A stretch of 64,000 bases of DNA from Fimbriosthenelais zetlandica (GCA_977030845.1 OZ365112.1:25482001-25546000); one strand, 5' to 3'. Positions 12,320 to 26,725 are shown, numbered from the stretch's first letter. Made by a program: numbers and translations. Notes: generated by a model not told the origin, from the letters alone.

Positions 12320-13043
12320 AGTGATTTTGTCTGCATTTAGGATATCATTACCGCCCATTGGCGAGCACATATTATATATATAGGAGGCTGAAGCAAGGTT
12401 ATCATTATCAATATTCCACCTACGGACGGTAGACTGGAAAGTTACAGCCACTTAGGGAAAGGTGAATTAAGGGAATCCCAGCTCCTAAAGTGATTTGTAA
12501 ACCTTCCATTTGAAGTGAAAAAAACACGAAAAAGGCAATTCATCATAAGATGAATATAAAGGAGGAATTTCAAACATTCTCTTTGGAGGATGAAGGGTTG
12601 AGCATTTGTGTTTTTAGCCCACCCAGCAAAATCAGAGCATGGGATATTTGTGGGTGATTTATGGCTCAGTATCTGTTAGTTAAAACTATGAAAATCAGAC
12701 AACAGTGTGATTATAAATCCTCTGTGACCAAATCAAAATTACCATGAACAGAGGCGGGGCTGTTAAACTAGACTCTTTTCAAAGTAAGTCTCACTTGACG
12801 TTTGATAAAGGATGTGTCACGGAGAAATTAAACTTACGCTAGGATCCCATTGATCCAATTTTTTATGTGACGAGAGATTCATGGGCCTGGCCGACATACT
12901 GCTAGAGAAAAAATTGCGAAAAAAGGCCATCAAGAAGAGAAAGGGCTCGTTTGTTGTCTCCAAGTTTTGTTTATAGCGTTGATGAACTGTTTTCGGGCAG
13001 CAGTCACTCAAGTTGTCAATCGGTAAATCCTTTATGGGGGATA

Positions 13044-13113
13044 ACATCAAAGACCATCCGTGGCAAACGATGAAAAAGGGATGTCAAAGGGATCAAGGTC
13101 TCCATTTCAAAAG
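13044..13113 (+). promoter_or_regulatory. TCF/LEF-like site cluster
   Basis: ACATCAAAG 13044 (canonical) with weaker TGTCAAAGG 13082, GATCAAGG 13091 and TTCAAAAG 13106 in the same orientation. Confidence 0.3.
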
Positions 13114-13498
13114 AAAGTGGATTTCATTCGCATTTCAAGGCAATGGAAGAGCATCCAATTGTCCATCTGATTTAATGCTCAGAAAACCCATTTGATATCA
13201 AGAAAGGTGATATTCCAATCTTAAAGGCAATCATAAAAAGGGCAAGTTTTGCCAACAGGTAGAGATAATTGAATGGGTCATAGAAGTGATTGGAAGTTTA
13301 TTACGTAACACCTTGCTACATTCATTGGCTATGGCCCCCAAGGGCTTTAGAGACTTTTGGTCCCAGGAGAGGGTAAATCTGGGGGCGGTAAAAGAGTTTA
13401 AGTGTGAAGGGATGCGGGATTTGAGCCGGGGCTGACTAAATTATGTCCGCATCAGAGCCTGGCTGATTCGGTAACAATAGATAGTCAAGTCAAGGTGC

Positions 13499-13512
13499 AT
13501 TTCCATGGTAAC
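13499..13512. promoter_or_regulatory. X-box-like element
   Basis: ATTTCCATGGTAAC, one mismatch to consensus. Confidence 0.35.
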
Positions 13513-14426
13513 TTGATAATAGCTTAACATATGTTAGTAACGGCCTCTTGAAGAACCATTGTTTGCCTTGATGTCAATGACAAAGTGCAGTGCAAATTGA
13601 ACATTTATGAATTTCATACTTGGCATCTTTTGAATTGAAAATCCAATTTGTAAATCTTTCGAGCATGGCCATGAGCAGCTAAAATAAATTCCAATTTTCT
13701 GCTTCGGGCCTGGCTTTTTGAACTTGACGCCATTTTGCTTCATGCTTATTTGGCCCTGCAGGTTAGTGTTTACATTTAAGGCATTGTCTTTTTTCAATGG
13801 ACAGATCGAGGGATGCTCCCGTGAACTCGCTACCACGGTACAGGGATCGAGAGCCGAGTATCATCTTGCATGAATCATAACATAAGCAAAGACAGGGCTA
13901 TGAAAAATTATTTGTGTCTGCTTATAGGGAGCAAGCCCAAGGCTATATATGATACACCACAATCCTACAATGGTTAGAGGCACCGGTAGCTTCATCTACT
14001 CAACATGAATGGCTTTTTTTATTTATCTCTTGACATATTTCCGTGTGTGATTTATTACACCTTTGAATAAAAACCGACACAGACACAGATTTTTCTTCAC
14101 CGAGATGCTTTTAAATTGTATACACTCAGCAAGATTTAAGACGATGGTCTGCAATAATTGAGATAAATGTGAAAGGAGCCCAGGAAAGAATGCAACATTT
14201 CTTAGTTTATGTCTTGAATGGATTGAAAGGTATTTAAAGGCATTTGCTGGTATCTTTGCAGAGCCAGAGGTTCAGCCTTAAATATAGGCTCCATGTCATG
14301 TCAACTGAGGACTGGTAGGCAAGAAGAATTCCTTTACAACCACCACTTTGGCACTTTATGGCAGGTGAAGACTGTGCCATATGACAGTTTAGCATAATTG
14401 ATATGCACCTTCAGCGCCTATTGAAC

Positions 14427-14600
14427 TGGCCAATCATTGTGACAGTTACAAAGCTCCCACCACGACCCAGCTATGACCCAGCCAATCAGAAGCCTTGTTA
14501 CAAGATGCTGGCACACTTTGTATCTCCTCAGCCCACCATTGACATTGACAATTGGCACAAAGCATCGGCCCGGTGGGGAGGAGGCATTGGCGAGGCAGTT
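14427..14600. promoter_or_regulatory. CCAAT (NF-Y) plus Sox-like motif cluster
   Basis: GGCCAATCA, AGCCAATCAG and CATTGG, with CATTGT, ACAAAG and CACAAAG HMG-box-type motifs, within about 170 bp. Confidence 0.4.
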
Positions 14601-15662
14601 CCCTCGTTGGCTAGGTAGAAAATAGGGGGTGGAATAAGGGAGGCTAAGTTGTTTTAGGTGTAAGCAGGAAGAGATAATGGTGTCCTTTGTTTGTCCTTAT
14701 AGGTTGTCTCAGGCGTGACAATTCTGAAGGGCCCTATTTTTTTCGGTGGAAATGCAACATGCTCAGACATTTGCCAACAGAGTAATTGTGATCATTAAAG
14801 GCAATAGCCTGACTCCCAACCCACCCTCACGAGAAGACGACCAAGCAAGGGGCCAGAGGTTAGAAAACATCGATGAAAACTGCCCCAGGGCCCCCAAGAC
14901 ATGCCCCATTCGAAAATGTGATGAAAAATACACATTCTTTACACTTTGGAACGATTGCCTCAAATATTTTTTCTGAATAAAGAGTTTGATGTGTGAAGCA
15001 CAACATACATATAGTGTTATATAGGCTCATGATCTGCCATCACTATTCTAGTAATTATGCCAATTTATTAAATTAATTCCGAGATGAATGGGTGTGGTTA
15101 AGAAATTAATTCATTGTTTTCGTGTTAACAATGTATGCTCAAATTATGCAGACATATCTATTGTCTGGTTGCCCTGGGACCACAAAACCTTAATCACCCT
15201 TCTGTTGCAATTACAATTAAATTCATAACCCTCATAATAATTACATAATTTCCTCATCAAATTTAAAGCACATGTCAAGAAGAATTAGCAGGCCAGTGTA
15301 CCCGTCCTGTACCCTCCCTGAATAAACAGATTGAAGGTCTCGCTATTTATAAAAGAAACAGGGCGAGAACCCATTCATCCCTTCATCTTGTGCTTGGACC
15401 AAGAAAATCAAATAGGACAGAGCCATGACAAACATGCAAGGCTTGTAAATCCCACAGCGATTAATCTGTATCAAATGCTTGCATGGTGCAAGGGTTGGAG
15501 GACTAGAGCAGGGGGTGGGGGAGTGTACTTCGACATGTCTAGCAAAGTGATGGAATGCCTGGCCATGCATACCACAGGCCTGATAGCACCAGAGTCAGGC
15601 CCAGTCTGGTCTTGATATAGGTGAGGGGGTTAAAAAAAGAAGGTGTAACTAATTCAGTTACA

Positions 15663-15693
15663 CCAATGGGGGACACACGTGCCCTATAAAAAG
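15663..15693 (+). promoter_or_regulatory. TATA-type core-promoter-like arrangement
   Basis: CCAAT 15663, CACGTG 15676, TATAAAAAG 15685-15693. No downstream exon identified. Confidence 0.25.
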
Positions 15694-16887
15694 GTGGCGA
15701 GAAAAAACGAGAGAAAAATATGGATATCTGGGGAAATAGGAATGTATGTCATTTCGATGAGGATCAAACCTTAAAATGTTATTAAATGTTGTGATGTTTT
15801 GGTACTTTTTCACGGTAAAACCAGACAAAACAAATTACTATCATACGGTATCATATTAGATATTCCTTGATAAAACAACATTCTTATGATATCATGAAAA
15901 ATAGCACAACAGAAATGAATGCCTGATTATTCATGTAAATAACGGAAAATTAGCAAGTGAAAATTTGTAATAATGTGGAACAGTATATCATCTAAAAGTG
16001 TATATGACACCCGACTGGCTGTGAAGAAAACCGACGGGATCTCTGAGATCAGCCAGGCTAAATAAAACTCTTAAAAACTGATTAAGGTGGTACGAACTTG
16101 TTTCACTGTGATTGGCATGGTGGTAGAGAGAGAGGAAAAGGGACTTAGGTGTACAGACATTCGGCAAAACATGCCTTTACAACAGCCTTCCACAAAACAA
16201 TATACAGGGAATCTTTAAATCATATCCTGACTCCCGTACTTTGATACGATAAGTAAAACACCAGTTGCGTCATTAGTCATTATATACACAGGCATGCCTA
16301 TACCCTTTCAGCCACTATGGCTCCGAGGCCATCTAATATATCACTCTTATCGCTTATTTTACCCTTATTATTTTCTCCCCTCCTCTGTCATGTCAATTGC
16401 ATCACCGTCCCTCCGGGCCCGTGTTGAGACAATGATACTACATTACTTAAACTTATTTTTCACTCGCCTTGGCAAGCACTTTTTCAGCGAGATAAGAATC
16501 CCACTCTCACTGCCCAAGGCAATGTTTGTGGGACGTGGAATTTTTCAAAGATAAACTCATAAGGAGGAGTAAAATTATTAGAGGCTTTCTTGTAAATGTT
16601 GTGCTGGGAGTTCATTAGCAGAGGGGTGTAGCTCATTAAAAGAGGACACACACGATGAGTGTCCAGGAAAATCAATCTGTAGGCTATGTATTTGTGCTTG
16701 TAATCATAGATCATGGGATCTATCTAAAAGTATGAAGATGTCGTAATGGCAACAACATTTTTGAGTTAATTTCAACACTAGTTTTATGCCATGTTCAAAA
16801 ATACATGTATTCTGCCTTTATAAGATAATATACAAATTAAGGGACAAAATAGAGGGATTAATCGGATCATTAACATTTGCTTCGCAG

Positions 16888-16937
16888 GGATTGCCAGAAA
16901 GCGTTTCAATGTCGCAAAAGTTTACGACATCAAACGA
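16888..16937 (+). other. Candidate 50-nt exon
   Basis: Branch-like ttaac, acceptor atttgcttcgcag, donor gtgagg. Reads (G)IARKRFNVAKVYDIKR with coding-like codons. Confidence 0.15.
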
Positions 16938-18714
16938 GTGAGGCGAGGACGATGTCGCAACATTCCCTCACTGGCTGACATCAAAATAAATGACCACTAT
17001 CATAAATGTGGTTCTTCGCTCTACCACTAGGAGTCACCTGTGGTCAGTTAAGAGTTCAATGGGTGCTTCAAACGGAAACTTATTTGTCGTCCTCCTAGTG
17101 TTTCAGCGCATAACGAGACTTGTCATTATCACCTGCGAACTTTGACGACCTAATTAGCTCTATCTTTTCTAACTAACCCTCGAGCTAGGCCTTTTTTTCT
17201 TCCTGGAAAAAAGATTCATTGAGAAAGGCGGCACGCCGTGCTGGCTGGCAAAACATGGCAAATGGCAAAGGTCGCCTCTCATACTCGCCTGAGTAAAAAC
17301 TCTCACCATTAGGTGGTTTACAGTAATTTGAGTTTCCATTATTTATCAGTTTGGGCGGGTTCTAAAGTACAAAAAGGATAAATCCCAGTCAGCAGGAGGC
17401 TTAATTGAACGGTGTTATAATTAGATGTAATTTAATAGATTAATAGAAGGAATTCATTTCAGATGTCTTGGTAGTTAATTGGGCTTACGAAAACATTAAG
17501 AAGCCTGTCTTATGTATTAAAATAAATAATTTCCGTGTCATACGGGTGTTGTATAAGTAGACACGCCCATGATACGACCTGTTACCTATTATGGTAAGAC
17601 ACCTTAGAACACTGTCCGATGTTTTAGGCCAAGGCTAACTTGGTATATTAAGGACGTGTTAGCAATAGATTTAGGTCTCACATTGAATTTAACGAGCTCC
17701 ATCTGACAATACTGATGTGATATATTGGAGAAATATAAATAACAGGGATCAGGTCATGTATATCACCCCAGGCAAGGATAACATTGTGGAAGAAAAGTCA
17801 CCCAGTCCATGACAGCCTCGAGCCACGTCTCCATCCCACCTACAATAACATTATCACCGCTCACTCTAACCCAGACAGCAAACTGAAGAAACATCGCAAC
17901 TTGTGCATACAACCAGCAGCTGTATCTGATTAAATAAGATGGCGCATTTTCGAGATCCCATTTGAAAAAAATGTGATTTTAAAGTGCATTTCACGCTTGG
18001 GAACTGTGTACAGGACTGAGTGTACCTTTTCAACCACACTCCCCCATCAAGATTGCAAAATATCCTCCTCCCCGCTTCAATGACTTCTTGAAAGGCAATT
18101 AAAGTTTGAATTCTGAGGGACTGGATTCGAGTAGATCTGATGTAAAATTGAAGAAGGGGGTGAAATATTCTCAGGAAATGCAAACATAGGCCGCGTCTAA
18201 AACTGGTATTTCAAGTTGACAGCCTCTATTTACCAAACTCTTCAAATAAACCCTACTTCTCAAGAGGAAGGGGCACTTCCATATTATTTCGTAAAGCCCA
18301 AAAATCGCAGAAAAAAATGTAATGGGAAATATTGTTCAAAAGAAGGTAATGAATTGATGAAAAGCCAGTGGATATTATTGCTGAAACATTTCCCATGGCC
18401 ATGCTGAGCTCCTGAGGTACCCCTCAGGTAATTTGAACAAAGACATTTTTCAGCATTTCTGGCAATATAGGAATGTACATATAAATCCTTGGTTGATCTT
18501 TTCTCCTTGGAATCTGGAGGTACCATTAACTTTCAATGGTAAATAGTCCCTCCCGCTTCAATCGATGGCTTGCTTACCCGTCTTTGTCATCTGCACCATG
18601 ACCTGAGCAGGTCAGAGGTGTTGCTAGGGCCCTCTTGGTAATCCTCTAAGCCCCTTGTAACAAACACCCCGCCTGGGATCCAATATTGACCCAAGGGATG
18701 AGGCCCCTCAAAAA

Positions 18715-18748
18715 TGACCTTTGACCTCCATTCAACGCCACCTGCAGG
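18715..18748. promoter_or_regulatory. Perfect nuclear-receptor DR1 next to a CTCF-like site
   Basis: TGACCTTTGACCT 18715-18727 is AGGTCA-A-AGGTCA on the minus strand. ACGCCACCTGCAGG 18735-18748 matches CCASYAGRKGGCRS at 12/14 on the minus strand. Confidence 0.45.
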
Positions 18749-20786
18749 AGCCATCTCCAACTAGAATAACACGCCTGGGAGCGTATACATGATTTTACAT
18801 GATACAGGACCATCCCCCCAACTTTATTTTTGATTTTGGAATTGATCTCTTCTGAGAATGGACAAGGATTTGGTACCCAAATATCTCTCCCGTAACACTG
18901 AAAGAGCACAGTGTCAGGCAGAGATACCACATCCGTCCAAGTTTATATTCTCAAAACAAAATGTTCCCTTTTTAACAGAGGAAGATCACTGCGCATGTAA
19001 ACAGTCTGGTTATATGAAACCACATTGGGAAGGAGTAATGAAAGTATAAAGTATCGATTTTCCTGCCCCTGAAAACCGCTCATGACGTTGCATACCCAAG
19101 TGGGGATTTCACAGGATATGGTGGAGGATTTTGAAATGATTGGGCCTTGATATTTTTACCCCACCATAGCATGATGTGCTCCACCTCAGTCAATATTACT
19201 TGAAAGTGTAGCCGAGGCTGGCGACCTTTGCCGATCTTGCCTCCCTCCTTTATGCAACTACTGCCATTGTTGGGAGAAAAACTGATGTTTGCTGGGATCA
19301 AATCACACGTGATGTTCAAGCGAGATGAGGAAATTTACCCAGGACTCTGCCAGTCTTACTGCTTGTGGACATTTTTTGTGAACAAGCTGAGCACTGCAGG
19401 ACAAAGTCATTGAGGAAATGCCTATACTCAAAATGGAGGGCACTTCAAGTCTTACATCTAAGACGTAATGAACTTGTGGGCTAATTGCTTGAATTTTTTT
19501 GTACTGCCCCAGTTTTTTTTCAAAATCATAAGTAGATGATTGCTCGAAAGAGTTATTTGTTTATCATAGCTAAAGGATAAATCTCCCATTTAGCATGTTT
19601 ATACCAAGGAGTTTGTAGTGTATAAAGTACCTTAACTCCCAGTACCATCGATTTCATATGAAGAATCATACGTAAAATTGCCAGGAAAAAACTTATGATA
19701 ACAAATTCCTTGCTGCGGAAGATATTGGGTGGGATTGAAGGGGCATCCCCAGTACATTATGTCTGGTGAATGCGTGAATGGGGTATGAATGGCGGCAGCC
19801 AGCCATTAGTGTGGCATTTTAACACCGTGACTTGTGATTACCTCTCCGTGTACACCGCCTAGTATCCGCTTTAAGTGATAACCTTTTACTTGAGGGGTCA
19901 GAACTCAAGTTTTTACCTTCAGCACAAAGGCCACTTTATAATAAAAGGAGCCCCCTATGCTGGGAGTCCAGCCCTTTACTTTATAATTATCCCCCTGTGT
20001 AGGATTGTAAAGAGGGGCGCTGATGTCATTCACATGTTGGCGTTACATGTGTAAAACAGGTCGTACTTAGGTATAATTCTCATGTCTCTTCACCCACATT
20101 CTTCATAAACATTTCATGCACCTGTATGCTTCCATCCGTCCAAAAACTTATTTTTTATTTTGCAACTCGTTTTTTTCCACCTCACATTATTTTGATTTAT
20201 TGCCATAAACAAAGTCAGTTCTCCATAAATCACCCACATACTCCCCCTTATTACACCCTCGTCTCTGTATATTGGCCTCAAAATATAGAATTAACTTTGA
20301 AAATCTAATTCGATTAAAAGAAAACCCAGTAATTGAGGTCCTAAAAGCCGTGGCTCTAATTGCCAATATCGATGCTAATTGCATAGCAAGAGGCCAAGAC
20401 AGTAAATCATGATGACATGTCTAATCTGCATATTTGACATGCTCTTATAACTTACATCCTTGGTAATGTACATCGGCAGTGTACTAGTTAATTCATGTTC
20501 CCTGCCTATACATATGTTCTGGCCTTTTCCACCCCGGAGGCCATCGTCCTTCTACATGGCCCCTGGTAGTCTACGCCCATCCCATCAGCTCAAGGACTTG
20601 GGCACCAACAGGGCAATCAACCCTCTTCAGCCTTGGAAGTTTTTGACCCCTGTCTGACCTTGACATGACCTTCTTATTGCCGGACAAGGTGGATTCTAAG
20701 CGGGCCGGGCTCGTCACAAAAGCTGATGTCACCTGAACGCCATGATAATTACATCTCTCTGTCTGTCATGTCCGAGACACAAGCCA

Positions 20787-20800
20787 GTAACCATGGTAAT
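20787..20800. promoter_or_regulatory. X-box-like element
   Basis: GTAACCATGGTAAT, in a segment also rich in TGACAG/CTGTCA (Meis-type) motifs. Confidence 0.35.
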
Positions 20801-21486
20801 CGAGCGAGATAAAACCCTGTCATTGCTTTAATAACCTCTGTTTATCAATTGTCCCCAGTCAATTGTCTTAGAATGCAATGCTTCACATGGCCATCGTTAA
20901 AGGTGGGCTTTCGCATGCTAAATGACAGGGTGGTGAACATGAAGTCATCCAGGAATGTGATAGACAGACACACGCCTTATCATAGATCACTCGGTGCTGA
21001 GGGCTTCCTGTCGGAAGGCATTTGAAGTGCCATAAACAATGCTGGCTTCTCCAGCTCCAATCTCAGTAATAGCTCTTGTAATTGCTGTAGTCGTTTTCCA
21101 ATATCGGAAATCTGTTTCTATACATGATAGACATTTTTCTATTTCTGGACAAAAACCATCAGTACACCTGTTATAAAACTATAGGTACCCATTTTTCTTT
21201 TTGTCCTATGCGATAAAAATAATTTTATATGGTTTGAAGATATGAGATGAATTTTAAAACTCTAGTTGGCTCTAGTCATTCATCATCTTGAATAGGGGTA
21301 TATTATAATCTCAGTCAAAAGTCAGAATACAATTCAATTTAGAACCATTTAGATGCCTTAAGGTCAAACATAATGATGGCAAAATAGAGGATGTCGTTGC
21401 TTCAAACTACACCTAAACTATTTTAGTGGTCTCGCCACCATTCATCTGACAGGCAAAATGTGTTTGCGGGCAGTTAACCCCCCTCC

Positions 21487-21500
21487 CCGTCAGAGGGCGG
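21487..21500 (+). promoter_or_regulatory. CTCF-like site in a CpG-rich segment
   Basis: CCGTCAGAGGGCGG matches the CTCF core at 12/14. The surrounding 21460-21700 is CpG-rich. Confidence 0.3.
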
Positions 21501-24500
21501 CGCTGGGTTTCCTCATGAGAGAAAAAAAGAGGCCGCAGCCTCGTTTTGAATCCGCGCATGAATCATGGGACAGGTATGCGCGCGCTTTTGAATACAGAGT
21601 CGGCGCGGGGCCCAGAGGAGTCTTCTCCCCACCATATGAGAAGAATGAAATCCTTGTCGCTACGACTTCATTTGGTGCGTCTTTTGTGAGAAATCTCAAA
21701 GGGATGATTACAGATGACTCGGAGAATGATTGACGGAGTCAGGGCATATAAACAGAGGGCTGTGAAGAAGGCAGGCGCCATGGCTTTATATATGTCATCA
21801 CAGATACAGGCGGCCTACCTGTGTATAGGGCCAGGACTAGGCTCTCAGGGCCGTACACAAATAAAGATACATGGTGTGAGGGGGAATCTGATTTAGAATT
21901 ATTCCCTCAGATGCAAAATAAATATTGGCCGTCGATGTATCTACACGAAGTTCCTCTCGGGAGAGTGGCTGTTGAAAACTGTAGTGACACAAACCTATAA
22001 GTTTGGAGGGGTGTATATATGGTCTGAACCACAGAGATTATATTATAGGCTCTTCTTTTGAATCTAGTGCATGTTATCGGATTGAATCTACAAAGAATAA
22101 GTAGTATAAACAAAGACAATCAATTTATGATTTGCTACATTCCTTAGGCGTTTCTATGAGGGGGTCCGTGTAGAATCCGAAATTGAATAGTTGTGAAGGA
22201 GGTGGTCAACATTGCCCTTCTCACATTACAAGTAGACCAGATAGGGAGACACGCAGCTCTCAACTTTCCCATCCTTGTTTCCCAATGATTAATACTAGCC
22301 ACAGCTCGTGACCTCTCATCAGTTCTCTTCAAGTCATACTTATTAGGTTTCATTAGGTCTCCTTAAGTTAGACACTTGATGTGCTACACCCTCTAATCCC
22401 GGAGCTGACCACACACAAGTTAAAGCCATCCATTACGCTAGCCTCCCACCTTACACTTGTCACCTCCAACAATGGGTCAACCCCTTAAAGCACCTTTAAT
22501 AAGCACCTTGAAGAACCCACATCCTGAAGGGCCCTTGGCAACTTAAAGAAGAGTCCTGACCATAGCAACTCGAGTGGATCCCGTGTCAAGAATCTTGTTT
22601 GCTTTGTGTCCTCGGGGTAGGTGTAAAAGTCAATGTTCCACACTCTGGGCATTCATGTGTACATTTACAATGATCTCGTCATAATAGTCAGTCCTGCTGG
22701 GCAAAACAAATGTAGGTGACCAACATACAAGTTCAGAGATCGACGCATCCCCTAAAGGGTGTGGAAGAGGACACCAAAACCCCCAAACAATCAGGACCGA
22801 TTAAGATTTAAGCTTCAAGGAGGACAAGATTTCATTCCCATTCAGTCAGCCGTGTATCCATTCTCAACAGGCTCCCAATCATTCTCAAGGGTGATCCTTT
22901 AACAGGGTGCAAGATTCAGTATCTGACGCATCATTGGAGTCCTCACTATGAGATGAATCTAAGATTTATGACATTTCCAACTAAAGAAAACATTTCTGCC
23001 CCCAGCAGTGAAGGTGACACCCAGAGGTTAGGTTTCTACTATTGAGTTGTGAATGCCATTAAGACATTTCCAGCTAATAATAGGCTACGCGCCCCCGTGA
23101 ATCCCTATCTATCTATAGAAGATCATCCAAGTACGAAAGAATAATGAGTTGGAGGCCTGTGTACCGCTCGTTATAAAGATACCAACCAGTGGTCAACTGG
23201 TGGTGGTCACCTACCACCCAAGAACAGTCATACACACCTCCGACACTTCAAAGTACCGCCCTGCCAAGGATGAGCGATCCAAGAGCACCTGAATGATAAC
23301 TTAGCTAACCTTAAAGATCGTGCTCTTTGATATTTGGTATTGTTAAGAAAATGGGGGAGGTGCACTGACTTTAAGACTAAACTGTGACCAGGTTTGATTT
23401 ATTAAATCAAGGAGATGCCTTCCACCTGTTGTGGCAACGATAAAGTTAGCAGGAGGCAGGACTGGTCTTTTGAATCTATTCGCAGATATGTGGTTTTGAT
23501 TGTCCCGCGCTAAGTAGTATGTGCAGGGGTACAGATTTATGTGCGTGATTCGGTCTTGACTCAGAAAAAACTACCAATAAATCTGCACAAGTGAAGTCAC
23601 CTTTTGTAGGTCAGATCAGGGGGCCTTATAGCACCAAGAATATAGGAGTTACCTTCGGGAATAAACTCAGAAAACGCCCCCCTGCCCTTAATTGCAAGTC
23701 AGATGATATGTTTTCAATGTAAATATTCCTTCTTTTCATGCCTTGCTTTGATGGGGAACAAGAGCTTGCAGCCCAAACAGTTCAAACTGCTGCCTGGTAT
23801 AATTGGGAGGACTGAAATAAGTTTATTCTCTGGGTGGCGTTATGCCTTATGGACCCCCACGTGCTTTTCCTTCGGGGAATCGGGCAATTAATTTGAATGT
23901 ATGAAAACGCTCGGCTTCATGCCAGCCTATCCCACACATTGAGAGGGGTCAGAGTTCACAGCAAATTGCTCTCAAATAGGTATCAATGCAAACCCTTGTC
24001 TGAGGGGGCCGCGGCCCAATCTCCGTGACGTGCACACCTGATTTCACAGTCATAGGTAGATTTTTCTGGTCAGCAGAGCTGATCGCGTGATGGCCAGCCA
24101 CAAAGTGCACTCCACAATAGCCTACTGTAAAAGCACAAGATATTTTCAGGATTTGCCTTATCTAAGTCGCTTATCTGTTTGGTCTTGGTCGGAAGGTTGT
24201 GCTTTCACATTAGACATGGGAGGTTTCCAGACGGGATTAACGTCCTTGTGGGTTTTAGCCACACACCCTGGTGAAAATGGGGAGTGCGTGAGCTCAACAA
24301 ATCTTTATGCTACTTGACCATGCCTCGCTGCATTCGTGGAGGGAAATATTCATTTGAAATAATGGCAATGATACTTGGGCCATCCAAACACAGTGTTTAC
24401 AGATAATGTTTGGCAGGGCAATGCAACGACAAAGACATCCATGGTTATTCAAATGAGAAACCATCTGGCTGGGAGGTTTTTGAGAAAACTATTGGAAGCA

Positions 24501-25078
24501 GATAACATATTCTCAACTGTCTATCCATGATAAATTTCTGTCTCGCCTTTAAGCATAGAAAAGGGCCCAATTATTTCAGAGGCAGGTCATTTTAAACTAA
24601 AAACATCCACAATATGTTTACCCTTAAAGGACTTCAAAAAGGACGTGGTTTTAAGACGTTTATAATTAAATACATGTCCAAACTAACGACGTGTGAAAAA
24701 CCAAATGAAAACATACAGCATGGAGATGAATATCTGACTGAGTAGGCGGGTTTCCCAGCACCCAGGCGACTATTTGCACACCTATTTGATTAGCCTCAAA
24801 CATAGAACTGTCAACACAGACAAGCCCCCAACATCTCCGTTTGATACATACCCCCTCGGTTCCAATTTACTCGCAGAGTGCTACCCTCCCAAATATAGAG
24901 GGAGGAGAAACCTAATTAATATACTCGAAATGACCCATGTGTTGACAGACACTGATTGGAATGAACCTGTGGGAAGCGAATTATAAACACGTGTTTTTCT
25001 TGCTAAGTATACATTGAGGGTTGAACCATTAGTTCTGGAAGGACTCGAGAAGTGGGAGACTAAAAATAATTGAGAGAT

Positions 25079-25215
25079 TCCTCTCATCCTCTCTCCTTCC
25101 TCTCTCTCCTCTTTCTCTCGCTCGCTCTCCCTCTCACTCTCTCTCACTTTCTGAGGGAGACGGAGTATATAGTTTCCACATTTCTGTGCCCCAGCTTTCT
25201 TTTCCTTTCTCCCCC
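25079..25215 (+). repeat. TC-rich low-complexity/microsatellite tract
   Basis: Imperfect (TC)n run 25079-25152 followed by a further pyrimidine tract. Confidence 0.8.
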
Positions 25216-26725
25216 ATATCTTGCACTGGAAGGAAAAAGGGGATCGTATTTGCTTCACACATGTGATATGTCCCTATTTTGATGGTGCTTAGGACACAAA
25301 TCCACCAGCAAATAAACAAAAGTCCTTTTAAGCAAGACTAGACTCCTGACACCGGGGGATCATTCTGACATCAGAAAAGATGCCATATCTTCCCCCTCTT
25401 CAAAAATATAAGCCCCGGGGAGTGAGCGAGGGTTCTTTCTTTGCTCCTAAACCATTCACTTCGTCTTTGAGTTTTGAAGAAGCTAAATCTTTTCATTTTC
25501 TCAAAATTACCCCCGCTACCCCTGATTTATGCATTATGTGAGTAGGAGGGGTCCCTTTTTGCTTGGTAAATGGGTCTGCATAAGTTCCTCCCACATGTGG
25601 GCTTGATTTCAGATGTAGATTTTATGAGAGGGACTCTCAAGTCTGCCTTGGATTAGACGGGGCATATTTTCTCACAGCAGGGTCAGACATAGTCACTGCC
25701 AAAAGCCATAACTCACATAAACTCCACTCTAATTCTTCATCTTCCACATTTTCCAATCATAAAAAAGAGAGGGCCTTGCATGGACGCAACAAGATATGGG
25801 TGATATATGATTAGCTGTTTTAGTGTTATCTCTCTAATCTCTTTGAGCTGTGCAGATAAGAAGTGTAAAGGTAAGGAAAAATAAGATGGATGTGAAAATA
25901 TGATTGGAGGGCGGGAACTAGCGTTTACCTCAGGGCTATCATGGGAGGGGGACAAAGTACGAGAGAGGACGCCATTAGGTATCACCAGGGGGAGGCATCA
26001 GTACGGACAGAACCTTAGATTGCTCGATATAATCCGACCGAGCGACAGATCTAGGGAAAGTTTGTAAAACTCGGTCCGATCACCAGATGATTTATCAAGC
26101 TTTAGAAAACATTTTGTCAGATCTGAGCATGGAGGCTTTAGTTCTAATATCATCTGAAAAAATGTTTGTTTGGTATGTTCCAAAACCGATAGATGGAATG
26201 GCAGACATTTCACAAATTTCTGATGGTCGGCTGACATCCGTCGGTTCGGTGAGAGAGGACCTTAGAAATGTAGGTCAAAATCTCAGAAGTTACAGCACTT
26301 AATACTTGAAGAATTCACTAAGTTTCGAGCCAGACATAAATCAATGATTTTGTTTCAAGGCCAAACATTGGCTTCCAGACAGATAGCTTGAAGCAAGTTG
26401 CAGACGGGGTTGATGACACCATCATGTCCTAAAGAGACGTGTCTGTACATTAGCTAAAATGTCCTCTGGTATCCAAGCTCGTTGATACTGTGTCCTAAAA
26501 AAGGTGAGCAGTTAAAATTGTAATTAACTAATCAATCAGCTACAAGGCCACAATTGGCAGATATGTACTGTGATAGCACACATGCTGGTGTTTTGAAGTA
26601 GAGAATATGTGAGAAAAGGTCGGAAAAAGTACAAAAAATGCATGGCTTTGCAACAATGAGTATTCAACTGAAACACAAAGAGGTTATCAGAAAATACAAA
26701 TGCCCAAATCCAACCAATTGCAATG

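Noticed and set aside
16870-17150. Minus-strand translation (MIVVIYFDVSQ*GNVATSSS...IETLSGNP) vaguely like a Gypsy integrase core
   Set aside because: The catalytic Asp positions (VVDY, SDNG) are not present, there are multiple stops, and no RT or LTR remnants lie nearby.
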